This document shows positions 34,162-42,344 of a stretch of 42,344 nt of DNA, one piece after another; positions within the stretch are counted from its first letter, which is position 1; each line of letters begins with the position of its first letter. A program made the translations under genes and the position numbers. The DNA lies in IMG/VR virus record IMGVR_UViG_3300022917_000018, positions 1 to 42,344 of that record; one strand, written 5' to 3'. This stretch comes from a virus (taxonomy: Duplodnaviria; Caudoviricetes). The notes beneath the pieces are model-generated. The model had not been told where the DNA came from, searched no databases, and saw nothing but the letters and a program-made list of their open reading frames with translations.

Positions 34162-36107
34162 TACTGTGCTCCCTCTAATACGGCTATGATTTCCTCATCA
34201 GGCATGCCTGACTGTTCCATGGCCAGTGCTTGCTCAATCTTCTCTGGTGGGTAACCCATCTCCTCTAGCTGAGCGATGAACTGCATATCCTCTTCACTCA
34301 TCTGAGGCTGTCCCTCTGGCATAGGCTGTTCGACTAGTTCGCCTTCTTGGACGGCAGGATCTTCAACGGGTTCCTGCATAGCCTGCTCCTCAGCCATAGC
34401 CTGTTCCTGCTCGGCCTGTTGTTGTGCCATCGCCTGCTCTTGCTCTAGCTGCTGCTTGAACTCCTCTTCGTCGATAGAGAGGTCTTCAGGGTTCTCTACA
34501 CCGCTAACAGCAACGATGGAGTTGAATATGCCCACGATCTTCTCTGGGAAGCGGTTAACAACTGACTGAAGTATTGGGGAGCTATCAATGCGTTCGAGTA
34601 ATACAGATAGGCCCTCAAGCTGTTCCTGGTTGCTCTTCATGTTGGAGGTGCTTGCGTCTACTTCGAACTTGAGCTTCTCGGTAGATCCTGTGAAGTCAAT
34701 GCGTACCATGTTCTCTTCACCCACAAGGGACTCATCGATCTTGCGGAGCTTCATGGCTGTCTCTTTATCTACCTGGATCTCTTCTACGCCACTGCGTTCT
34801 GCGAAGTAGAGGTTAATGGCTGTCTCACTCCATGCGGAAAAGAACGTCTCGAATTGTTTGCGGAAGTAGTTGTCATCAACGGACACGTTGCTAGCTATCT
34901 GCTTCACGCCACTGTCCGTCTTACTGAAGCCTGGGTTACCAACCTCAGAGCTAATGGATGTGTCGGGGCTAGAGGCTATGTTCAGTAGCTGGGACTTCAT
35001 AAGGCCGTATAACTCTGGGTATTGAGCGATAGCGGTAGATTCGCGCTTTAGTACTTCCCACGATGCGTTAGGGTCACTGCCGAGGTCTACAATGACGTTA
35101 GGAGCAAGCTTTGCCTGGCCCTTGTTCCAGTTACCCTTCTTGACTGTTGGAGGTGCTAGCATCAATGCACGCTCAAACTGGTACATCTGCATGTCGGAGT
35201 CCATAAGGTTCTGGAGAGGAGCGAGCTGTTCAATAAGACCCCAACCAAGCGGGTTGTAGCCGTCAACATCTGCATAAAGGGTAGTTAGTGGTATCTCGCC
35301 ACGGGGGTCTTTGTTAGTAGTCGTGCGTAATATCTTCTGTGTCTGAGGGTGGAATGAGTAGAACTCACCGCCTACGCCACGTTGGAAGGCATGTATGACC
35401 TCAACACCTGATTTGTGTGTTGCATCCTGCTTCTCCTTCTCAGCACGTGACATCTGGTCGTCTGCCTTGGATGTGACCATGTCGCGTATCTTCTTAAGCT
35501 CGGAGATCTTCCATGTTGGTTCGTATTTCTCGCCACGAGCCTTAGCCCGGTCTTTGAGCCACTTCTGCTTGTAGATCTCTGCGTCTATATCAGTGGGCTG
35601 GTACCAAGCACGCATGTACTGCACGTCGCTATCTAGTGCTGACAGCTTGCCATTAATGAATAGGATGTCCTTAGGTGCGATGATACGCATATCAGGGCCA
35701 AAGTAGCTGCCACGTTGTATGAATGGGGTATAAACAGTACAAGAGCCGTTAGTAAGCGCCATCTTGACTGCGAGCCAACACTTTTGCAAGAGTGCATATT
35801 GCATGTTGGCATTAGGTATAATCTTGTTGAGATAGATAAAACTGGCCACGATACTAAGCCAGTCGTTAGTATCAGAGATAACCTTACCCGTAGGTAGCTG
35901 CTGGATAATACGACGAGGTGTCTTCTGGATGATTGAAGAAGCGGTACCGTCCGTTACCTTGGGATATGCTTTATCGATGCCTGCATGAGGCTTATTACGT
36001 GCCAAGCGCTCATACTCATTGAGCGGGTCTTGGAAGGTGCGCATGTACTTCTTAGAGTCATTGAACGCATCGAAAATAGTTTCGGGGTCGATATATGAAA
36101 AAGCCAC
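34161..36107 (-). CDS. Portal protein (P22-like) with acidic Gln/Glu tail
   Basis: 648 aa; GWGLIEQLAPLQNLMD; position; GTG start. Confidence 0.8.
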   Translation of the reverse strand: MAFSYIDPETIFDAFNDSKKYMRTFQDPLNEYERLARNKPHAGIDKAYPKVTDGTASSIIQKTPRRIIQQLPTGKVISDTNDWLSIVASFIYLNKIIPNANMQYALLQKCWLAVKMALTNGSCTVYTPFIQRGSYFGPDMRIIAPKDILFINGKLSALDSDVQYMRAWYQPTDIDAEIYKQKWLKDRAKARGEKYEPTWKISELKKIRDMVTSKADDQMSRAEKEKQDATHKSGVEVIHAFQRGVGGEFYSFHPQTQKILRTTTNKDPRGEIPLTTLYADVDGYNPLGWGLIEQLAPLQNLMDSDMQMYQFERALMLAPPTVKKGNWNKGQAKLAPNVIVDLGSDPNASWEVLKRESTAIAQYPELYGLMKSQLLNIASSPDTSISSEVGNPGFSKTDSGVKQIASNVSVDDNYFRKQFETFFSAWSETAINLYFAERSGVEEIQVDKETAMKLRKIDESLVGEENMVRIDFTGSTEKLKFEVDASTSNMKSNQEQLEGLSVLLERIDSSPILQSVVNRFPEKIVGIFNSIVAVSGVENPEDLSIDEEEFKQQLEQEQAMAQQQAEQEQAMAEEQAMQEPVEDPAVQEGELVEQPMPEGQPQMSEEDMQFIAQLEEMGYPPEKIEQALAMEQSGMPDEEIIAVLEGAQ

Positions 36108-36181
36108 CTAGATGTACGAATTCCGTTATCGTAACAGTTCCGTACTTTTTTAGGTGGCCTTACGTTGGTTGTATTATACCA
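36103..36181 (-). promoter_or_regulatory. TGgTATAAT promoter plus GTG-sequestering leader hairpin with CACCTAAAAAAG.A.GGAAC motif
   Basis: Motif 36137-36156; GCCACCTA/TAGGTGGC stem contains the portal GTG. Confidence 0.75.
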
Positions 36182-36190
36182 GGTTGGGGT

Positions 36191-36394
36191 TTATTTGTCT
36201 AAGCCTGCCTTGAATGCTTCCTTTAGCTTAGTCGCATTGTGAATTAAGTTATCCATCTGCTCTACCAACGTAGACCTAATAGCGTCGCCCTCCTCTTTAT
36301 CTAAGGCATCGAACAAGGCACAGATTAGCTTTGCACTTTTCCTTGCATCAGCATCTGTCATCCGTTCTTTCATGAGTTGTTGTAAGTCGTTCAT
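36191..36394 (-). CDS. Hypothetical protein
   Basis: 67 aa, GGAG RBS. Confidence 0.65.
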   Translation of the reverse strand: MNDLQQLMKERMTDADARKSAKLICALFDALDKEEGDAIRSTLVEQMDNLIHNATKLKEAFKAGLDK

Positions 36395-36630
36395 ATATTC
36401 TCCTTTGATTTATCTCTTAACTCAATAATCCAGTCAATTACTTCGTCCTGGAGCTTCGCTACATGGCCGTTCCATTCCTTTTCGGGGTCTTCACCGATAT
36501 ACGTAGTAAGGTCGTGCATGTTACCAATGTGAGAGTAGAGATCAAGTAACGATCGCTCTCTTGAGTAGTCCTTTACTGCGTCATCCCACTCGAATACAAG
36601 GCCACGGGTGTAAAGTGTATGTTTACCCAT
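36391..36630 (-). CDS. Hypothetical protein
   Basis: MGKHTLY start with GGAG RBS. Confidence 0.65.
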   Translation of the reverse strand: MGKHTLYTRGLVFEWDDAVKDYSRERSLLDLYSHIGNMHDLTTYIGEDPEKEWNGHVAKLQDEVIDWIIELRDKSKENI

Positions 36631-36970
36631 CCAAGTGCTCTCCAAGGTAGGCTATAGGATCTTCTGCGATAACCATTCGCATTAGGTGATGGTGCCAGCA
36701 GTAAGGTTGGACTATTTCTCCCTCATACCCGCAGTTTTCGCATGGCTCAGCCCCGTAACTATCCATACCGGGAGACGCTGTATGCTCATCCTCACCCCAC
36801 AGTGCCTTAGCAAAGTCGTGGTTGTAAACGATACGTTCGTTAGGCCAGTCCCGAATCCAATGCAGGACAGCTTCCGGGGTACATTTGGTACTGCCCCCTA
36901 CCGTCATTGGGTCCCAACCATTTCTTACGGCCCCCTGTATGGCTTTGGTTAGTATCTCGGAATCAGTCAT
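36623..36970 (-). CDS. Conserved phage protein (ILTKAI..A..NGW...HDFAKALWGE...W.HHL..MV)
   Basis: Motif pattern recurrent in phage hypotheticals. Confidence 0.75.
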   Translation of the reverse strand: MTDSEILTKAIQGAVRNGWDPMTVGGSTKCTPEAVLHWIRDWPNERIVYNHDFAKALWGEDEHTASPGMDSYGAEPCENCGYEGEIVQPYCWHHHLMRMVIAEDPIAYLGEHLDG

Positions 36971-37130
36971 TATGTCCCTCGTAAAAAGCGTCCAGCATTC
37001 GCCTATTCAGAGTAGCGTAAGCTTTGTCTAATGAGGTACGTATCCGTTCGTCCTGCCCCCGTTGTATAAGCTCTTCAGGGTCAAGAAGATGTAGCCAACG
37101 ACGGACTAGGTAGATTTTGAGTCGTTTCAT
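36963..37130 (-). CDS. 55-aa hypothetical protein, not in ORF track
   Basis: MKRLKIYLVRRWL...; fills the gap with coupled ends. Confidence 0.55.
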   Translation of the reverse strand: MKRLKIYLVRRWLHLLDPEELIQRGQDERIRTSLDKAYATLNRRMLDAFYEGHND

Positions 37131-37345
37131 CACTCTATACCACTATCTTTCTCGCCCCAGTGGTTGAAGACGTCCAACTCTGCTACAAACTTCCCGCCCT
37201 CAATCACTACCGCCTTTTGGTAAATGTCATCAAAGTCGACGTAAACACCATCAGGTATCAATACATCATCCCCAATCTCATACTGGCGGCCCCATGGATC
37301 TCCGGCCTTGAGCTGTGTGCCGCCGTAGGTATCGAAGAGACCCAT
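37130..37345 (-). CDS. Hypothetical protein (MGLFD N-terminus)
   Basis: 71 aa, coupled. Confidence 0.7.
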   Translation of the reverse strand: MGLFDTYGGTQLKAGDPWGRQYEIGDDVLIPDGVYVDFDDIYQKAVVIEGGKFVAELDVFNHWGEKDSGIE

Positions 37346-37746
37346 TACGATATACCACTAGCTTTCTTGGCAATAACATCGATGTCTCTACGTATAAGGG
37401 TGCTATCAATGAGCTTAGGATTACGGCCCTCCGGCAAGTCGTATTCCTCCCAGAACCTCTCATACCATACTTGGCCGGTCATGACCTTACCGTCCACTAT
37501 ATCCTTAGTCATATCGCCTAACCGCCTGACAAACGGCTGCGATTCCCGACAAAAGTAGTCAACTTGTGCAAGTTTTACTCTTTCAGGAGATAGCCACCCT
37601 GCATCTATAAAGGCCTGTTTGATCTGCCCTATAGATTCCCATGTTCCCTGTTTTTCCCAATCTTGATATTTGAGGACAGTCTTGTCGGCGTAATCTACCT
37701 GTATGTCATATAGCTTCTTATCCAACTTATCCATAATCTCTCCCAT
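37345..37746 (-). CDS. Hypothetical protein
   Basis: 133 aa; GGGAG RBS. Confidence 0.7.
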   Translation of the reverse strand: MGEIMDKLDKKLYDIQVDYADKTVLKYQDWEKQGTWESIGQIKQAFIDAGWLSPERVKLAQVDYFCRESQPFVRRLGDMTKDIVDGKVMTGQVWYERFWEEYDLPEGRNPKLIDSTLIRRDIDVIAKKASGIS

Positions 37747-37832
37747 GATATTAATTCTCCCTACCTTTTAGTAACAAGCCGCATATTTCGACACTGAGCA
37801 CAGTACTCAACGTCATACACGGTATGAATGTG

Positions 37833-38126
37833 TTAATAAACCAGCTCAGTCCAGCTCTTCACCACAAAGTAATAACCATTCTGACTACCATGTGTGGTGC
37901 GCTCAATGTTAAAAGCAGGGTCAAGCTTAGAGTCATCCAGGCTATCACTGAACTTCAAGTACTCCGTTAGCTCATCTTTCTTGCTCTTTACCTTCTCACG
38001 GATGCTGTATTGCATACGAACGGGGCTGATTGTTTTGTAGTCCACTATATTCTTTACCTCTTTTATTGTTGAACCATTATCGTCTATTGTCTTGGTCTCG
38101 GTTTGTTTGCCGTAACGTAAGTGCAT
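37833..38126 (-). CDS. Hypothetical protein downstream of TerL
   Basis: GGAGG RBS before MHLRYG. Confidence 0.7.
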   Translation of the reverse strand: MHLRYGKQTETKTIDDNGSTIKEVKNIVDYKTISPVRMQYSIREKVKSKKDELTEYLKFSDSLDDSKLDPAFNIERTTHGSQNGYYFVVKSWTELVY

Positions 38127-38134
38127 TTGCCCTC

Positions 38135-39490
38135 CTAATGTGCCCACATGTTAGTTATATTGCCGGTACTAAACGATTGATCCTCTTCCTCAGGCTTAGC
38201 GAAAGGCATAAGCCCATAGCGCAGCATGTCATAGTCGTGGTCGTCTGCCTTGGTGTCAACGTCATCGACTTTAATCTTGTCGTAAGGAAGCGACGGTAGC
38301 GTGCGTATGATGCTCACACAAGTGCTAAAGAACTGGAGTTTAGGTAGCCCATCCTTGGCAGTACGTAAGTACTCATGTACGGTGTCAAGCCCTGCCTTAC
38401 GGTCGTTGTTAGCGGGCATCCAGTTAACACCTTCGTCAGAATAGATTTGAGCGATACTCTTACCCGTTGCGTGGCTACCTTGTCCTGCTGCCCATATAGA
38501 GGGGTCTGCCATGCCATATGCAACATTCTCGCCTGCTTCAAACTGCTTGATGTTACGAGATTTGTCACTAATGGTGGTGTACTCAGTAGTCCTGTATTCT
38601 CTATACATGTAGATCCGTTCGCTAGCAGGATCCTGAGCGAACCAACCTACGGCGTTGTTATTACCATGGTCCATTGCACGCCAGCGTTGCCAGTGTGAGG
38701 GGATGGTAAAGGGGTCAACAACATGTTTATCGCGCGTGAACTCTCGGAATACCTGGCCAGAGAATACATCCCAGTCACCATCCTTAAGCGCCCTACGCAG
38801 TTGTGGATCGGATATAGCAGCCAGTGTGCGTTTGTAGTCAGTCTTGAACTTCTCAATAGGGTGGTCGTCTACCTTAGCAGGGATGAATACTCTAGTACGC
38901 GTCATGCCCTCATCTAGGTTAACTGTGTTGACAGTCTCAGCTGGTACAGGATCAATGAAGCGTGACTTAACCCACCCATGGCCAATGCCTCCAGGGTTAG
39001 TACCTGCTAGAAACATCACAGGCCAGTCAGGATTGCTTGTACGGTTACGAGTAAGTAAGTACTCTATCCATGCCTGAGGAAACTGTGTGAGCTCGTCTAC
39101 ACATATTATGGGCATTTCCGAACCCTGGTAGCGGTATATGTCATTATCATTGTCTAGGTAGTTCAGAACGAGGCTGGAGCCGTTGGAAAGTATGTACTTA
39201 CGGTCTTGGCCGTGCCATGTCATATGACCTGCGCGTATGTAAGCACCATATTGCTTGTTGATCTCAGGAATAATAGTAGCCTTGAGCTCGGGTATGGTAC
39301 GCCTAAACAGGTTCACTGGTATACCAGGATACTCCAAGGCTAATGTGCCACCCTCCGCTACGATAGCAGCAGTCTTGCCACCACCTGCCGCGCCACCGTA
39401 TAGCTTCTCGTCAGCAACCATTCTATGAAAGACGGCTTGACGATCACTAGCGGTATAATCAGGAACTTTTACTTGGACGGGGGACGTCAT
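38135..39490 (-). CDS. terL: Terminase large subunit
   Basis: Walker A YGGAAGGGKT, Walker B ICVDE, TNPGG, nuclease AMDHG...ADPS...DDHDYDMLRY. Confidence 0.95.
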   Translation of the reverse strand: MTSPVQVKVPDYTASDRQAVFHRMVADEKLYGGAAGGGKTAAIVAEGGTLALEYPGIPVNLFRRTIPELKATIIPEINKQYGAYIRAGHMTWHGQDRKYILSNGSSLVLNYLDNDNDIYRYQGSEMPIICVDELTQFPQAWIEYLLTRNRTSNPDWPVMFLAGTNPGGIGHGWVKSRFIDPVPAETVNTVNLDEGMTRTRVFIPAKVDDHPIEKFKTDYKRTLAAISDPQLRRALKDGDWDVFSGQVFREFTRDKHVVDPFTIPSHWQRWRAMDHGNNNAVGWFAQDPASERIYMYREYRTTEYTTISDKSRNIKQFEAGENVAYGMADPSIWAAGQGSHATGKSIAQIYSDEGVNWMPANNDRKAGLDTVHEYLRTAKDGLPKLQFFSTCVSIIRTLPSLPYDKIKVDDVDTKADDHDYDMLRYGLMPFAKPEEEDQSFSTGNITNMWAH

Positions 39491-39827
39491 TGGTAAACTG
39501 AACCTCTCCAGTGTGATGTTGGTCTACTTCTGTCTTTTCCACATAGCCATATTTACTAAGCATCATCTTTGCAATTGTCGGATTGTACTTGTTGACTATG
39601 CTATTTTGTATCAATTTATTTGCCTGAAGTTGACGAATGTTTTCTAAGATGTCGGAAAACGCGTCATTCTCCTTCTCCCATTCATACAACGTATCGCGTC
39701 GAATATTGAGGAAATAAGCCAGGCCCTCGATAGTAGGGAGATGTGTAGTCACTTCCATATCGTGTTGCTTTATATACTCTATTGCTCTCAATATAAGGGC
39801 ATCATCCAGCTTTGTAGGTCTGGCCAT
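39459..39827 (-). CDS. terS: Terminase small subunit (Sf6 gp1/P22 gp3-like)
   Basis: MARPTKL...PTIEGLA..LNI.RDTLYEW...FSDIL...NPTIAKMML. Confidence 0.85.
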   Translation of the reverse strand: MARPTKLDDALILRAIEYIKQHDMEVTTHLPTIEGLAYFLNIRRDTLYEWEKENDAFSDILENIRQLQANKLIQNSIVNKYNPTIAKMMLSKYGYVEKTEVDQHHTGEVQFTNDVPRPSKSS

Positions 39828-39930
39828 TACTTATCCCTCCTACTGATCATCCAGGTAGCGTAGAAGACGACTAGGCCAACTATAATACCTGCTATGAATA
39901 TTGCTTTTACTATGGTCCAGAGGGTGTCCA

Positions 39931-40191
39931 TTATTGCTCCTTTGTGAAATCAGTAACGTTATCCACAAAGAGCTTCTTTCTAATATCTTTGCTAATACCG
40001 CCAGCAGGGTATTTGTATACCTGTAGCAGCACTGCAACAAAAGCTTCTTTCAAGTCGTATCCTTCGGTTCCATTGTCACAACTAAACTCAGCTTTTTTGC
40101 CATCAGAATACTCAACTAATATGGAGTGGCCTGTGTCTATCTTCTGAATAGTTACTTTCTCAACTTCGCTATCTTTTCGTGGTGTATTCAT
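39931..40191 (-). CDS. Hypothetical protein (start revised to MNTPRK)
   Basis: AGGAG RBS; coupled to upstream stop. Confidence 0.65.
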   Translation of the reverse strand: MNTPRKDSEVEKVTIQKIDTGHSILVEYSDGKKAEFSCDNGTEGYDLKEAFVAVLLQVYKYPAGGISKDIRKKLFVDNVTDFTKEQ

Positions 40192-40376
40192 TATTGCTTC
40201 TCCTGTATCTGTGCATTCATCAGCACATTTAAGCTTTCTATAATAATTGCAAACCAACTAAGTCCTAGAATGAACTGTGGTTCACCCTTAGCTACGGTAA
40301 GTGCAGATAGAGGCCAACCTATTGTGGCTATGATGAGTAGTGCCCATGACATCTTTATGCGTAGGTTACTTGTCAT
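40191..40376 (-). CDS. Small two-TM membrane protein
   Basis: WALLIIATIGWPLSALT...EPQFILGLSWFAIII. Confidence 0.7.
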   Translation of the reverse strand: MTSNLRIKMSWALLIIATIGWPLSALTVAKGEPQFILGLSWFAIIIESLNVLMNAQIQEKQ

Positions 40377-40566
40377 TGCTTACTAACCCCTGTAACTTGT
40401 TGATCTCATCCTCGGTATAAGTACGAGTCTTCTCAGCCCAGCACTTCTTGCTCTTCCTGTTGATCTTCACTATGCGCATCTCTGCTGTCTGGAAGCGAAG
40501 TAGCTGGCCTTTCTTGAGTTCTAAGAAGGCTTTGTCGGTTAGCTGGTCGGATATGTCTATTAACAT
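40366..40566 (-). CDS. Hypothetical protein
   Basis: 66 aa. Confidence 0.65.
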   Translation of the reverse strand: MLIDISDQLTDKAFLELKKGQLLRFQTAEMRIVKINRKSKKCWAEKTRTYTEDEINKLQGLVSNDK

Positions 40567-40665
40567 GTTGCCTGCATGACATGATCGTAATTAGGCACTA
40601 AGAATACTACTCCGTACTTAGTGGGGTCTTTGGTGTAATCAGTTTGCATGTGCTCCCTTTAGGGA

Positions 40666-40865
40666 TAGAAGAATCTAGGTAAGGCGTGCCAGCTAATGTT
40701 TGAGTGTATATGTGTAGACAACTTGCTCTATTTATGGCACGCCGCCTAATTGTAGTTGGTAACAGCTTCGTTGGAAGTCGTGTTACAAGAACTAGGACGG
40801 ACGATTGCTCGTACGCCTCACTTAGATTCTGCTACCTACCACTTTTAGTTGGGTACAGTATAGCA
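40666..40865 (-). promoter_or_regulatory. TGcTATACT promoter plus ~170-nt structured leader of the packaging operon
   Basis: Closing stem 40670-40687/40813-40830; competing GGCGTGCCA/TGGCACGCC stem. Confidence 0.55.
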
Positions 40866-40901
40866 TAGACTCTATTAAATTGATAGTTGATGGGTATATA
40901 G

Positions 40902-41051
40902 AAAAAGCCCGCTACTTATGTAACGAGCCTTGTCCAAAAGTTAATGATTAGTGTGTAATGTGCAGCTCCCCGAAGTCTTACACACGGAGGGGAGTTCGCT
41001 TAACATAACAGTTATCTACTACAAATATAATAATCAATTACATTTGGGAGT
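40902..41051 (-). ncRNA. Candidate sRNA-C (~150 nt)
   Basis: TGgTATAAT at 41058-41066; terminator GCTCGTTAC/GTAGCGGGC-T5; no ORF. Confidence 0.5.
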
Positions 41052-41101
41052 GCCTACATTATACCACATCTGAGGCATGTCGATAACGTTTGTGGCTAAC
41101 T

Positions 41102-41184
41102 AAAAGACCAGCATCATCGTTCGGTCGAAACCTTAGGACTAGCTGGTCATGGTTCTCTACGAGTCTAGACAGGTAGAGTGCTGC
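41102..41184 (-). ncRNA. Candidate sRNA-D (~85 nt)
   Basis: TGaTATAAT at 41191-41199; CTCTAC/GTAGAG hairpin; GACCAGC/GCTGGTC-T4. Confidence 0.45.
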
Positions 41185-41202
41185 ATAGGTATTATATCAC
41201 GC

Positions 41203-41505
41203 TTATCTATCTAATTTATACGTCAGCTCATCTACTTTCTTGTACCTACCAGTTGGTAGAAGCCCTGATCTCACAAAACTATACGCTCTTATAAAGTAGC
41301 TGCCCTGGTTATTCCTAGACAGCTTGAAGTCGTTTTCGCTGCCCTGCGAGAAGCGAATAGCTCGCCGTTCGGTATCGTATTCAACGGCTACATACTCGAA
41401 CGGCAGTTGGAACTCCCCGAAATATATCTGCGAGGAAGTTATAGTGATGCAGTCTTTTGGCAGCCTCCGACCTCGGTGGGCAGGACGGTATATCTCAAAA
41501 CTCAT
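41203..41505 (-). CDS. Hypothetical beta-rich protein with its own promoter
   Basis: TGgTATAAT at ~41528-41536, GAAAGGA RBS, MSFEIYR start. Confidence 0.7.
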   Translation of the reverse strand: MSFEIYRPAHRGRRLPKDCITITSSQIYFGEFQLPFEYVAVEYDTERRAIRFSQGSENDFKLSRNNQGSYFIRAYSFVRSGLLPTGRYKKVDELTYKLDR

Positions 41506-41588
41506 ACGCGGTGTATCCTTTCTCAAATTATACCACTATCTGCACTTCTCACCCTTAGCATGGGGCTTATGGCATATCTTGCAGGGCT

Positions 41589-41933
41589 TCATTTATCTTC
41601 TCCAGTCAAATCACCATCCAGGTCTATGCCGCTCATGGCTAGCGTACGCCGCAGTTCTCGGGGTTCCATGTCTTTCACTTTCACCCAGCCCTCGGAACCA
41701 ATAAGCCATTTGATTGTTGCTGTAGCACCAAAACCATCTGGGCCATCCTGCTCAACAAGCGACTTAAGATGTTCGTAACTATAAGCGCCGCATGCCATCT
41801 CGTGACCAAGGCCCGACATCGGGGTATCCACTGGGCGGTAGTATGGCTGGCGGTGAGGTGAATCGGGTTTACTAACGAGCATATTTGCTAGTCTAACAAG
41901 GCCACTCGCTATTTTTCTACGGTAATTACTCAT
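41589..41933 (-). CDS. Hypothetical protein
   Basis: 114 aa. Confidence 0.7.
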   Translation of the reverse strand: MSNYRRKIASGLVRLANMLVSKPDSPHRQPYYRPVDTPMSGLGHEMACGAYSYEHLKSLVEQDGPDGFGATATIKWLIGSEGWVKVKDMEPRELRRTLAMSGIDLDGDLTGEDK

Positions 41934-42124
41934 TTCTCTGTCCTTCCATCTAAATCTTTAATATATTTCAAATACTTCTTCTCCAACCGTCTAAAGCCTG
42001 CATCACTGATGTACCAAGGGTCTTGACCTGTTACTTCATAGGTTAGACGGTTTACTTCTTTGTGGAATACTAGGACTTTATTGTATTTTAGCACTTCTAG
42101 TATGTATTGGAGGTTACGCATCAT
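41930..42124 (-). CDS. Hypothetical protein (start revised to MMRNLQY)
   Basis: ATGA coupling with the upstream partial gene. Confidence 0.6.
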   Translation of the reverse strand: MMRNLQYILEVLKYNKVLVFHKEVNRLTYEVTGQDPWYISDAGFRRLEKKYLKYIKDLDGRTEK

Positions 42125-42342
42125 GGTTTCTGCCTTATGTATTGCCACCATTGTTCTATAGGTGCGTTCAAATAGTCGTGGAGCTGCATACGGCGGCGGT
42201 AGACGGGTCGTAACCATCTTGTACCAGAATCTACAGTCCAAACAGGCAGCCATGCAAAGTGTCTTGTCCAGCCTGATATTGGGTTGGCATACATAAGTTG
42301 GTATTTGTCCTTATCTATGTCGGATTGGTGGGCGATTATGCG
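42121..42342 (-). CDS. 5'-partial hypothetical protein (FAWLPV...RWL...RR motif), not in ORF track
   Basis: Open frame from window edge: RIIAHQS...WTRHFAWLPVWTVDSGTRWLRPVYRRR. Confidence 0.6.
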   Translation of the reverse strand, partial: RIIAHQSDIDKDKYQLMYANPISGWTRHFAWLPVWTVDSGTRWLRPVYRRRMQLHDYLNAPIEQWWQYIRQKP

Positions 42343-42344
42343 CT

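Noticed and set aside
41930-42253. 107-aa version of this ORF
   Set aside because: The 5' part overlaps a better ORF in another frame (FAWLPV motif); real start likely 42124.
1-42344. Stop-codon recoding (code 15/25) and the many plus-strand ORFs in the track
   Set aside because: Long genes are intact in the standard code and TAG/TGA/TAA all serve as coupled stops; plus-strand ORFs are antisense shadows of minus-strand genes.
42300-42344. Exact circular join of window ends
   Set aside because: Joining the ends does not give a convincing start for the terminal partial gene and no terminal repeat is visible; completeness remains unproven.

Overview
Near-complete (possibly complete, circularly permuted) ~42 kb temperate tailed-phage genome, encoded almost entirely on the minus strand. 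Reading in the direction of transcription: small genes > TerS/TerL > inserted small genes > portal, scaffold, major capsid > fibre/spike genes, a GH-like protein and a CAP/DUF3761 moron > internal-virion proteins > podovirus-type tail adaptor/nozzle > M23 endolysin and holin(s) > a ~1.3 kb RNA-rich control region > XerC/D-size tyrosine integrase > attP-like 3' fragment of tRNA-Thr(UGU) > a cluster of structured RNAs > early genes (Rad52/Sak-like, YqaJ exonuclease, SSB-like, HNH, Rnl2-like RNA ligase, many hypotheticals). A CPR/Saccharibacteria-like host is a tentative inference from the many TGnTATAAT promoters and the gene content. I could not recognise a CI-type repressor, excisionase or replication initiator. 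The most unusual aspect is that regulation looks RNA- and recombination-based. (1) attP sits between the strong early promoter and the early operon. (2) Short promoter-driven non-coding units carry 15-25 nt boxes complementary to the integrase ribosome-binding site and to the early leader. (3) An rrn-like array of RNA modules (boxA-like motifs plus shared closing stems) includes a tRNA-Leu-like scaffold with a replaced anticodon arm. (4) Late operon leaders share a 20-nt motif in hairpins that bury the start codons. All functions come from motif recognition by eye; no database searches or folding programs were run.
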